Shown here piece after piece: positions 29,729-38,795 of a stretch of 64,000 nucleotides of DNA. Location: contig CBDDIJ010000003.1 of the NCBI GenBank assembly GCA_965228855.1, forward strand, positions 2,080,001 to 2,144,000, read 5' to 3'. The notes below the pieces were generated by a model, which was not told the origin of the DNA, ran no database searches, and was given only the letters and a program-made list of their open reading frames with translations. The position numbers and the translations under genes were made by a program. The DNA comes from Candidatus Obscuribacterales bacterium (GTDB lineage Bacteria > Cyanobacteriota > Vampirovibrionia > Obscuribacterales > Obscuribacteraceae). The first letter of the stretch is position 1. Each line of letters opens with the position of its first letter.

Positions 29729-31024
29729 ATGGAAACGACAACCGAGAAGCCTGCAACCGCACAGCCCGCTGCCGGAGAAAGCCATCCGGAGCTTGCTCAG
29801 AAGAATAAGAAGAAAAATCCTGTCGCGCTCGGAATTGTAGGTCTGCTGGCGATTAGCGCCGGTGTGGGCGGCTACCTGTGGTGGCAGCACGCCTCCCAAT
29901 ACGAGGAGACGGACGACGCTTTCATCACTGGTCGCGTACACCAGCTCAGCGCTCGTGTGGGCGGCACCGTCACGAAGCTTCTGGTAGACGATAACCAACA
30001 CGTTAAAGCCGGGCAGCTTCTAGTTAAAATCGATCCTAAGGATTTTCAAATTTCGCTGGACACAGCTAAAGCTGAAGCCGCGCAGGCCGAGCTGAAGACA
30101 TTTGAAGTTCAATCCAATATAGTGCAGAACGCTCGACAGGCAGAGGCCAGTACGTTTCAAGCAGAATCAGCACTTGCCAGCGCCAATGCTGGTGTCGACC
30201 GCGCGAAATTTGCCCTGTCGGAAACCAAACTAGGCGTCTCGATGGCGCAAGCGGAAATCAAACAACGTAAGGCGGAATTCATCAGAGCGACTTCCGATTT
30301 CGAGAGATACCAGAGTCTCGTCGAGGATCGGGCTGCCACCATGCAGAGTTTTGAAAAAGCAAAGCAGGACAGAGAAGTTGCAGAGGCAAATCTTCATTCA
30401 GCAGAAGAAGCGTATAAGCAATCTCTGACTCGTGTTCAGCAAGCTAAGCAGGCTGTCGCAGACGCTGAGTCGGCAGTCGTCAGAGCGAAGGCCGCCGCGA
30501 AGACTGCTGCCGCGGCAACTGCGCAAACCGAGACAACAAAACGCAATTTGTCTGTTCAGGAAGCCGCAGTGAAAAAGGCTGAAAGTCAGGTTAAAAATGC
30601 GCAAACCCAACTTTCTTACACGAATGTCCTGGCTCCAGTCACCGGTAGAGTCGGTCACCGCACAGTTGAAGTTGGTCAGCAAATCGAACGGGGTCAGGCT
30701 CTCATGAGTATAGTCTCCGACGAAAAATGGATAGTTGCAAACTTCAAAGAAACTCAGCTCAGTAAAATGCGTGTTGGTCAAGAAGTGGAAATTAAAATAG
30801 ATGCGTTTCCAAAGCACAAATTGAAGGGACGAGTCGATTCGATAAGTCCCGCTTCCGGAGCGCAATTCGCACTCCTCCCTCCGGACAATGCCACTGGCAA
30901 TTTCACTAAAGTGGTGCAAAGAATGCCTGTAAAAATAGTTTTTGATAAAGAGTCCATTAAAGGACTCGAAGACCTGTTGGCGCCCGGTATGTCAGTCATT
31001 CCGGAAGTCCACGTCGGGAAGTAG
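29729..31024 (+). CDS. HlyD/EmrA membrane-fusion protein
   Basis: ETDDAF, ANFKETQL, ALLPPDNATGNFTKVVQRMPVKI; ATG with GGAG SD (the ORF-track start 29660 falls in the operator). Confidence 0.95.
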   Translation: METTTEKPATAQPAAGESHPELAQKNKKKNPVALGIVGLLAISAGVGGYLWWQHASQYEETDDAFITGRVHQLSARVGGTVTKLLVDDNQHVKAGQLLVKIDPKDFQISLDTAKAEAAQAELKTFEVQSNIVQNARQAEASTFQAESALASANAGVDRAKFALSETKLGVSMAQAEIKQRKAEFIRATSDFERYQSLVEDRAATMQSFEKAKQDREVAEANLHSAEEAYKQSLTRVQQAKQAVADAESAVVRAKAAAKTAAAATAQTETTKRNLSVQEAAVKKAESQVKNAQTQLSYTNVLAPVTGRVGHRTVEVGQQIERGQALMSIVSDEKWIVANFKETQLSKMRVGQEVEIKIDAFPKHKLKGRVDSISPASGAQFALLPPDNATGNFTKVVQRMPVKIVFDKESIKGLEDLLAPGMSVIPEVHVGK

Positions 31025-31070
31025 GTTGCACATATAAATAGTTACTCACTACGCGATCGACTGAAGGCGA

Positions 31071-33137
31071 TTGTTGAAGGTACCCATGTTTTCAATTTCC
31101 AATTTGTCCGCATATCGGCTTCATGCCTTACTACTAGCGATAACTATATCTGTAGTTCCGACCCCTTCGGCTCGGGCTGCATTTAACGAGGCGAATGTCG
31201 GCAAGGAGAATAGGGCAGCTATTAGAGATACCGAAAAGCCACTTCAGACAAAGATTCCGAATGCTGACAGTAAAAAGCCGCCACGCTATATTCTCGAACT
31301 TCGAGCGACTCAGACAGTTAAACCCCTTGGTGAAAAGCCCGTCCAGAAAGTGGACGAAACTCTGGAGCGCCTTGCTCCGATAGATCTAAATGGAAACCCG
31401 AGAGTTCAACCTGGTATCACGGAAGGCGCTAGTCAAACTGGCACCAGTCCCGGCGGTCCCGGCATCAACTCCGGTGCCGCCGGAACAAACTCACCAGAAC
31501 GTATGGATGGCAACCGACGATCTGGCGAGGAGTCCAGCGGTACCGGACTTGGCGCCGGGACCACCGGTTCTGCAAACGCCGGTCCCTCAGGTGGCGGCTC
31601 CGCAACGGCTGATGGTAATGCGCCAGTTGGTGATGACTTGCTGCAGCTTCGAGGTGTCGGTGCCACCGGTCTTGGTGCCGGGAGTCTGGACTCAACCGGC
31701 AACTATGGTCAGTCAAACCGCAGAGATGGCGGCGTAAATCTTGATGGGAGCGGCGAAGACGGTGATGATACCAACGTCATAATCGAGCGCCCACCCATTA
31801 CGACCCTAATTCCGCTCAAGGACAATCTGAACCCGTTCTCATTGGATGCAAGATATATAGAACAAGTTGGCTTGCGAGACACACTGCTTGCCGCGACCGG
31901 TCAAAACCTGGACATTGAAGAAGGATTCAGCAGAACCAAAATTTCGAAGTATCGAATGCTAGCTGCCGCATCTGAATTTCTTCCGTCTATCAACAGTGGA
32001 TACAGTTTATACGGTATTACCGGCGATGTGCCGACCGCTCTCTTCGGCGGAGGAAGCTCGGGTTCAAGCGCGAATGCCGGTTTACCATCGACAATCCAAA
32101 TTCTCAACGCCGGGTTCACTCAAAATGTGTACCAGGGCGGGCGAATTTTGTTTGGAACGCTGGAGCAGAAGCACAGACTGCGCGCGTCCCGCGCAGCACT
32201 CTTGGGTAACGTTAACGACACGCTTCTCGAAGCAACTCGTCGTTATTACGATCTTCTTTTGAACGAAGCATTGCTCTCGATTAGAACGAGAGCGGTTTCG
32301 ATTTCCGAAGAACAAGTACGCATTAACTCCGCACAGGAAAAGGCGGGAGCCGCGACTGGTCTGGATGTTTTGCAGTCTCAGGCTCAATTAGCAAGTGACG
32401 AGCAAAATCTGGTTGACCAGCAAAACGCGAGGAGACAAGCAGCGATCCAGTTGGCGCACGTTTTAAACACAAGTTTTGCCCAGGATTTGGTTTCACGACA
32501 AAAACATCTTCGCAAGCGCCGTTTGATCGATAACAATATTCCGATTGAGAGACTTCTCGAAATTGCAATCGACAAACGGCCGGAACTCAAACAGTTCGAG
32601 GAACTAAGGTTGGCGGCGAAACGCGCAATCGTCGTCGCAGCAGCTCCGCTCCAGCCCGGCGTAACGTTCGGAGGCAGCGTCTTCGGTATCGCAGCCGGTG
32701 GCGGGAATTTCGACAAAATTTTTAATTTAAACCTTGGCGTAAAATGGTCGCTCGGAGGTTTGGGAACGACAGCACTCGCCAACGCACAGCGTGCTCGATG
32801 GGAGGCAAGGCAGGCCGCCATTCAAGCCAAGCAAACGTTTCTAGACGTCTTCGATCAAGTTCGTTCTTCATATAACAACAGTTTGGCATCTGACAAACGA
32901 ATCGACCGGGCGACCGTGCAGATCAACGCAGCTGAAGAGGAATTGCGTATCGCCAAGAAGCGCATGGAGGCGGGGATTGGTTTGAACATCGATGTGTTAA
33001 ACGCTCAGCGAGATTTGACTCAGGCTAGCATTAACAAATCGCGCGCCGTCATAGACTTCAACGTTGCGCAAGCTCAGCTTCTGCGTGACATAGGCGCCAT
33101 ATCAATCGATGGAGTTCTGAGAGGACTGAAGATCTAA
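31071..33137 (+). CDS. TolC-family outer-membrane efflux protein with long Gly-rich N-terminal region
   Basis: Signal peptide; two OEP repeats (YYDLL...GAATGLDVLQSQ; GIGLNIDVLNAQRDL). Confidence 0.9.
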   Translation: MLKVPMFSISNLSAYRLHALLLAITISVVPTPSARAAFNEANVGKENRAAIRDTEKPLQTKIPNADSKKPPRYILELRATQTVKPLGEKPVQKVDETLERLAPIDLNGNPRVQPGITEGASQTGTSPGGPGINSGAAGTNSPERMDGNRRSGEESSGTGLGAGTTGSANAGPSGGGSATADGNAPVGDDLLQLRGVGATGLGAGSLDSTGNYGQSNRRDGGVNLDGSGEDGDDTNVIIERPPITTLIPLKDNLNPFSLDARYIEQVGLRDTLLAATGQNLDIEEGFSRTKISKYRMLAAASEFLPSINSGYSLYGITGDVPTALFGGGSSGSSANAGLPSTIQILNAGFTQNVYQGGRILFGTLEQKHRLRASRAALLGNVNDTLLEATRRYYDLLLNEALLSIRTRAVSISEEQVRINSAQEKAGAATGLDVLQSQAQLASDEQNLVDQQNARRQAAIQLAHVLNTSFAQDLVSRQKHLRKRRLIDNNIPIERLLEIAIDKRPELKQFEELRLAAKRAIVVAAAPLQPGVTFGGSVFGIAAGGGNFDKIFNLNLGVKWSLGGLGTTALANAQRARWEARQAAIQAKQTFLDVFDQVRSSYNNSLASDKRIDRATVQINAAEEELRIAKKRMEAGIGLNIDVLNAQRDLTQASINKSRAVIDFNVAQAQLLRDIGAISIDGVLRGLKI

Positions 33138-34097
33138 ATGAGAAACCGCAAGCTTCAGATAGTCGGTATTGCGATTACGTTTGTCGCCGGGGCACTAACT
33201 GCGGTGGCAGCGCTGGAATCGGTATGGTGGCTTCCATATCTAGTCGCTCAGTTTCGCATTCAAATCGCAATCGGCGCCGTGGTCGCCGCAATAGCATTGG
33301 CTGTTTCCAAGCAAACGAGAATCGCAGCTGTTTTATGTATGATTTTTGCAATGTGCAACGCGACCTGCTTTATGCCCGCATTTCTGCCGAACGGAAATCA
33401 TCACGCCCCCAATTTAAACAAAGCGCATTCGATAAACCTTTTAATGCTGAATGTGAACAATAAAAATGAGCGCTTTGTTGACGCCATAAAGTACATTGAG
33501 TCTGTGAATCCGGACGTTCTGCTCATCAGCGAATTGACTCCCGATTGGGAAACGGCACTCAATCAAATGCATGAGTTTAAGTATTCATGCACCGTTCCGC
33601 GGCTCGACACATACGGCATCGCAGTTTATTCCAAGAAGAAACTGCTGAATCCTAAAATCAAATATTACGGAAGCAGCGGACACCCGAGTATTCTCTGCCA
33701 GCTCGACGCTGACTGCCAGCCGGTAACGCTCCTTCACACGCACGTTCAAGGTCCAATTAAACATCGACACTTCCTCTGGCAGAAAGAACAATTCCAAATA
33801 ATGACAAAGGAAGCAGCCAAGCTTCCGAAACCGCTGATCGTGACAGGCGACATGAATAGCACACCATGGACGCATATGCTTGCTGGTCTGGCCAAGAAAT
33901 CGCAGCTTCTGGATACTCGTAACGGATACGGTCTGCAGCTTTCATGGCCGGCGCCTATGATCTGGAGAAAGACTCCAATAGTTTTGCTTCCAATCGACCA
34001 TTGCTTCGCAAGCAAAGACATTGCCGTTCTCGATCGAAAAGTCGGTCCCTTCATAGGCTCCGACCACTATCCAATTTTTATAAGCTTGGGGCTATAG
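33138..34097 (+). CDS. Endonuclease/exonuclease/phosphatase (EEP) family protein with N-terminal TM helices
   Basis: LNV, PDVLLISE, GDMNSTPW, PIDH, GSDHYP; start abuts the tolC stop (TAA ATG). Confidence 0.92.
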   Translation: MRNRKLQIVGIAITFVAGALTAVAALESVWWLPYLVAQFRIQIAIGAVVAAIALAVSKQTRIAAVLCMIFAMCNATCFMPAFLPNGNHHAPNLNKAHSINLLMLNVNNKNERFVDAIKYIESVNPDVLLISELTPDWETALNQMHEFKYSCTVPRLDTYGIAVYSKKKLLNPKIKYYGSSGHPSILCQLDADCQPVTLLHTHVQGPIKHRHFLWQKEQFQIMTKEAAKLPKPLIVTGDMNSTPWTHMLAGLAKKSQLLDTRNGYGLQLSWPAPMIWRKTPIVLLPIDHCFASKDIAVLDRKVGPFIGSDHYPIFISLGL

Positions 34098-34199
34098 CGG
34101 CGGTTGATTCACCAACAACGCGGCAAGATACTCGACGGACTCGTCGTCGAATTCCTGATAAAGCCGTTTCACCAGTTTTACAGTTTCAGAATTGTCCAT
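34092..34199 (-). pseudogene. 35-codon ORF resembling the N-terminus of a SnoaL/NTF2-like protein
   Basis: MDNSETVKLVKRLYQEFDDESVEYLAALL, then a stop overlapping the EEP gene end. Confidence 0.4.
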
Positions 34200-34340
34200 G
34201 AATTAACTAGACCGTTTTCCGGGCGAAAAAAACTCCTTCGCTTGTGTCAATCTTGTCCGATTTGGATCAAAAACGCCTCAGATCGCTCTGAAGCAAACTG
34301 CAAAAACGCCAACAGTTAAGCCTTTCCACGTTTAATGTTT

Positions 34341-34374
34341 TGTCACAAGTTTGTCACGCCTTCAACCGTACAAT
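34341..34374 (+). promoter_or_regulatory. Pho-box-like direct repeat plus -10 element
   Basis: TGTCAC at 34341 and 34352 (11-bp period); TACAAT at 34369-34374. Confidence 0.5.
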
Positions 34375-34501
34375 GTCCTCACTGCAAACGACCGACCGGT
34401 TCCAATCTCTCTTACTAGACCGAGTTTGCAGTCGGTGTAACCAGTGGTTCTGGTGGCACTGCTTTGTATCGCTTCGCTGCTGACGGTTTGAGGTTAGTCA
34501 A

Positions 34502-35158
34502 ATGTCCAGACAGTACAACGACAATTTCGAATCCGGACTGGGAAGCGGTAGAACTTCATTCGTAAATCCGAACGGAGCAATGATGGTGAGCGCCACATCG
34601 CGCTACACCGGTCCTTCGCAGCTGCACAATATTCAATTCAATGGATTTGCTCCGTGCCTCGTCGCTGGTGGAGAGGAAGTTCCGGTTCCGGAAGAAAATT
34701 CTCCGAAATCGGACCGCTCCGAAGCGTTCACCCGCTGGCCGTTCATGAAGTCGCGCGATCAAGAGTCCCTTCATGACAGAATCTCGGACAAGGTACTGGA
34801 CTTGATGGACCAAGCCACACTGAACGAACTCAACGCTCAAATGGTGGCATATGAATCGGCTTTCAAAGCTTGGACGCTCGCCATGGACTCGATGACTCCT
34901 CCGGAACTCGACGATTACTCGTTGATCAAAGCGCACAACAACTCAGTTGCGAATGTGGAAAGAATAATTGTCCAGGCTGTCTTCGCTGACCTGACAAAAG
35001 AAGAGAGCGTGAGACTAGACCGCGAATGCGATCCGCAAGGACCTAGCTTCGCTCCGAAGCAAATGACCGACGAAGTAGTAAAAAGAATTCGCGAACAAAC
35101 TCGCACGTATCTCAACTGCACTGACAAAGTTTCCTACGCGAGCACAACCGGACTTTAG
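34502..35158 (+). CDS. Hypothetical protein (helical C-terminus)
   Basis: 218-aa ORF with GAGG SD; no recognised family. Confidence 0.7.
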   Translation: MSRQYNDNFESGLGSGRTSFVNPNGAMMVSATSRYTGPSQLHNIQFNGFAPCLVAGGEEVPVPEENSPKSDRSEAFTRWPFMKSRDQESLHDRISDKVLDLMDQATLNELNAQMVAYESAFKAWTLAMDSMTPPELDDYSLIKAHNNSVANVERIIVQAVFADLTKEESVRLDRECDPQGPSFAPKQMTDEVVKRIREQTRTYLNCTDKVSYASTTGL

Positions 35159-35381
35159 CTGTGAGGAGTGGAAGGGCAGTCCGCTCTTCACGGCGCAAGT
35201 CTAATCGCGTTGCACCAGGTTTCACTCGCTGAGCACAACAACCGCAAGATATCGATCGTTGAGCAGACGGTCGATGTTTTGTTTTTAGAGTGTTGATAGA
35301 ATGAAACCCATCTATCTTTCGAGCCGCATACGCATGCCTGACGGGGAAATCACCTACGAGCAGCGTTTAGGGGTCCTATTC

Positions 35382-35780
35382 ATGGCAGAGTTCTGGCGTT
35401 TTTGTAACGACAACGCGATATACATAATTTTTCTGCCGCTGGTCATAACAGATCTCTTGATCGCACGCGAATTCGTGAAATGGTCATCACAAGCATCGAA
35501 ACTGCGAATGTGGATCACAATTGTTTTACTGGGCATTTTTTTCTTCTATCTCAGGACCCACTACGGTCTGCTTGAAGTAGCAATGACGCTTCTTCCACCA
35601 ATCAGATGCCTTGCGGTGCTCTCAGGAGCAAAGACAAAACCTCTTTACGGTATAGTGCTGATAGTCTCAGCTCTGTTCGGAATCACTCTTCTTCTACTCT
35701 GTTATAGAAACTGGCTGCACATACCTGCACCTGTACATTTCTATCCGGTGACGCCCGGTGAACTGGAGGTCCTGCAGTGA
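35382..35780 (+). CDS. Small 4-TM membrane protein, paralogue 1
   Basis: ATG preceded by TAGGGG; hydrophobic; DLLIAREFVKW, LPPIR. Confidence 0.75.
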   Translation: MAEFWRFCNDNAIYIIFLPLVITDLLIAREFVKWSSQASKLRMWITIVLLGIFFFYLRTHYGLLEVAMTLLPPIRCLAVLSGAKTKPLYGIVLIVSALFGITLLLLCYRNWLHIPAPVHFYPVTPGELEVLQ

Positions 35781-35817
35781 CAGCCAATTCACTTCAACCA
35801 ATATAGGGGCGCAGGTC

Positions 35818-36183
35818 ATGGACTATCTCATAGGTTTTTGGCCCCTATTTGCCATCATCGGATACATCGTCGTTGCCGATGTGGTAATTATGAGCCAGTA
35901 CTTCAGGTGGTTAGTGCGTCAGCGCCAGTGGATGGTAAGCCTCACTGTTATTTTCATTTGCGTTCTACTTGGTTCAATGTACGCAGCAAATGACAGAAAG
36001 ATCTGGGCACTTCTAACCTTCCTTCTGCCGATCTTCCGTTTTTCGATAGCGTGGAGATACAAGATTCTTCCTAAATACCAGCTTCCACTATTGTTGGCGT
36101 TCGTAATTTCAGCTGGCTTCCTGGTAACGTTTCCGTCGGAATTTTTTGATTTACGAAATTGGCAGCTTGATCAAATGTTTTAA
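35818..36183 (+). CDS. Small 4-TM membrane protein, paralogue 2
   Basis: ATG preceded by TAGGGG; DVVIMSQYFRW, LPIFR. Confidence 0.75.
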   Translation: MDYLIGFWPLFAIIGYIVVADVVIMSQYFRWLVRQRQWMVSLTVIFICVLLGSMYAANDRKIWALLTFLLPIFRFSIAWRYKILPKYQLPLLLAFVISAGFLVTFPSEFFDLRNWQLDQMF

Positions 36184-36207
36184 CCACGCTTATTTAGAGG
36201 GTCTACA

Positions 36208-36543
36208 GTGTACGAATTTATTGCTCTACTTTCGCTCTTCGCCATTCCTGTGACGGTCGCAGCGATATTGCTGGTTTTTCAGGAATTAGTCCATTGGGTT
36301 CGCAATAAGAAGCTTGCGCAGATCAGCATATTGCCAATTATTCTTTGCCCTCTAGCGGGCCTAGCCTATGGCACAAGGCTTGCGGTGCCAGTCGTAATAG
36401 TTATGATGTTATGCACGTTGCCGGTGATTCGAGTTTTACTGGGATTCCAAATGAAGACACCGTTAGGTTATTGGATGATCTTGGTACCTGCTGCAACTGT
36501 CTGTCTTGCGGAATTAGTTGGAATTGTACTTGCTATTCATTAG
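36208..36543 (+). CDS. Small 4-TM membrane protein, paralogue 3
   Basis: GTG preceded by TAGAGGG; ILLVFQELVHW, LPVIR. Confidence 0.75.
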   Translation: MYEFIALLSLFAIPVTVAAILLVFQELVHWVRNKKLAQISILPIILCPLAGLAYGTRLAVPVVIVMMLCTLPVIRVLLGFQMKTPLGYWMILVPAATVCLAELVGIVLAIH

Positions 36544-36590
36544 GGTACGTAAACGCACCCAGCGATTCGCGAACGTCTTCACGAAAATGA

Positions 36591-38390
36591 TTACGCTGTC
36601 TGTATCTCAGCCGCTTTCTTCAAACCAAGTTCGTCAACCATGCGATCGCGCATCACGAACTTCTGAATTTTTCCTGTGACAGTCATCGGAAACTCTTCCA
36701 CGACTCTTATGTATTTTGGAACTTTGAAGTGCGCAATCTTCTCTTTGAGCCATGATTGAACATCTTCAGGCGTCGTGGTCCGACCAGGTTTGACCATAAA
36801 CCACATCGCGACATCTTCACCGAGAAATTCGTCGGGTACTCCAAAAACCTGAGCTTGCGAAATATCGGGATGGGTATGCAAAACTTCTTCAATCTCGCGA
36901 GGGTAGACGTTCTCACCGCCGCGGCAAATCATATCTTTGCTGCGGCCAGTGATGTTCAAATATCCTTCGTTGTTCATCACTCCCAAATCACCGGAATGCA
37001 ACCAGCCAGATTTGTCGATTGTCTTTTCCGTGGCCTCAGGATTATTCCAGTAGCCGAGCATCACATTATGACCACGGCAAAGAATCTCTCCTTGTGAGCC
37101 TTTCGGAAGGATCTCTTGCGTTTCAGGATCAACGATCTTCAGCTCAATACCTGGAATAATTCTGCCAACAGTCGTTGCGCGCAGTTCCAGACTGTCACTA
37201 ATAGTGGTGGCAGTCATTAGCGGAGCGCTCTCGGTCAATCCATAAAGGATCACGACTTGCTCCATATGCATCTCGCTGGCAACACGTCGCATCAGCTGCA
37301 CTGGGCAAGGCGCTCCGGCCATAAACCCACCGCGCAAACTGGACAAATCATATTTTGAAAATTCAGGTGAATCTAACTGCGCAATGAACATAGTTGGCAC
37401 ACCAGACATATGCGTGCAACGTTCGTTCTGGACAGTTTCCATCGCCGGTATCTCTTGGAAGAATGGGCTTGGAATCACCACGGTTCCACCAACACTCAAC
37501 ACGGCAAGCGCACTGCTGATCATGCCACCACAATGGTAGAACGGCATGGGCACGCAGAAACGACTCGATGAATCCAGCGCCATTGCGACGGCAGCAGCGT
37601 ATCCGTTGTTTATCAAATTATGGTGGCTGAGTGTCACGCCCTTGGGAAAACCGGTCGTGCCTGACGTGTATTGAATGTTCACCGGATCGTCGAACTGCAC
37701 TCGCGCGCGCCGTTCCTTCAAGTAGATCGGGTCGACGTTCGAACTCAGCTGCATGAACTGATCGAAGCTGTTGAAGGTAGGAGCCTTCCCCTCAGACGGC
37801 GACCGCAACGGAGCGCACAACTCAGACTCGCTCAGATCTCCCATGACGATGACCTGTTCCAGGTCTTTCACCCGTGAGTCTCCTCGCTGTTTCTTCGCAT
37901 CAAAAGCATGCGGCGCGAGCTCCATCACCATCGATAGATAATTGCTCGTCCTGTTTTTCGGAATAGTAAATAGTAGTTTCAGTCCGGATTGGTTGAGAGC
38001 ATACTCCAGCTCGCCGGTCCTGTAGCCAGGATTGATGTTGACCAGAATAGCGCCAATCTTAGACGCTGCAAGAAATATGACAAACCACTCGCAGTTGTTC
38101 GTCGACCAAATTCCCACGCGATCACCGCGCTTCACGCCCTGGTCCATCAGAGCCAGCGCGAGCAAATCTGACTGTCTCAGCAGCTCCTCATAAGTGATTC
38201 GTTTGCCCTCTTGAGGGCTCACTAGAGCCTCGGTGGACCGGGAGTTACGCGTCACTTCTTCTATATGCTGAAATATCGTACGACCGATTAGCGGCTCGCG
38301 CATAACACCGTGATCGTAGCTAGGTGACCACGTGGAGCCGTCCGGTTCATTCATTTGATTTTGAGAATCTACAGTCGGTTGCGTCTTCAC
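36591..38390 (-). CDS. AMP-binding acyl-CoA synthetase (ACSF2-like)
   Basis: QYTSGTTGFPKG, YGLTE, GWLHSGDLG, GRSKDMICRGGENVYPREIE, PMTVTGKIQKF. Confidence 0.95.
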   Translation of the reverse strand: MKTQPTVDSQNQMNEPDGSTWSPSYDHGVMREPLIGRTIFQHIEEVTRNSRSTEALVSPQEGKRITYEELLRQSDLLALALMDQGVKRGDRVGIWSTNNCEWFVIFLAASKIGAILVNINPGYRTGELEYALNQSGLKLLFTIPKNRTSNYLSMVMELAPHAFDAKKQRGDSRVKDLEQVIVMGDLSESELCAPLRSPSEGKAPTFNSFDQFMQLSSNVDPIYLKERRARVQFDDPVNIQYTSGTTGFPKGVTLSHHNLINNGYAAAVAMALDSSSRFCVPMPFYHCGGMISSALAVLSVGGTVVIPSPFFQEIPAMETVQNERCTHMSGVPTMFIAQLDSPEFSKYDLSSLRGGFMAGAPCPVQLMRRVASEMHMEQVVILYGLTESAPLMTATTISDSLELRATTVGRIIPGIELKIVDPETQEILPKGSQGEILCRGHNVMLGYWNNPEATEKTIDKSGWLHSGDLGVMNNEGYLNITGRSKDMICRGGENVYPREIEEVLHTHPDISQAQVFGVPDEFLGEDVAMWFMVKPGRTTTPEDVQSWLKEKIAHFKVPKYIRVVEEFPMTVTGKIQKFVMRDRMVDELGLKKAAEIQTA

Positions 38391-38391
38391 A

Positions 38392-38703
38392 TTACATCGG
38401 GAAAGCGTCTTTGCCGCCCATGATGAGCATCTTGTCGGTTTTGGTTTTCTCTTGCTTAACTACTCGATCCTGAATACCAGGCTTCATGCGGTTGCGGCGA
38501 TCGTTGATTTTGACCGCTTTGCGAGCTTCATTGAGAATATCGACAGCTGTTTGGATTGTGTCATCACCAGCCTGAGCCGGTAGTGTGTTGACTGCGGATG
38601 CGACAACCGGTGTAGGAGCGTCACTGACGATCCCTGCTGCCGACGGAACTGAACCGCTTGAAGACAACATGATTACTGACGCGAGAATTGCTAGATTCGA
38701 CAT
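38392..38703 (-). CDS. Small exported hypothetical protein
   Basis: Hydrophobic N-terminus; stop is 1 nt from the start of the synthetase; AGGA SD. Confidence 0.6.
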   Translation of the reverse strand: MSNLAILASVIMLSSSGSVPSAAGIVSDAPTPVVASAVNTLPAQAGDDTIQTAVDILNEARKAVKINDRRNRMKPGIQDRVVKQEKTKTDKMLIMGGKDAFPM

Positions 38704-38795
38704 AATCGATTTCCTACTTTGTGCCTGCAGGAAGTATAGCGCTGCTTGGAAATATCGTGGAAACCTGTCAGTATTGGTTTAATATTTGTATATAG

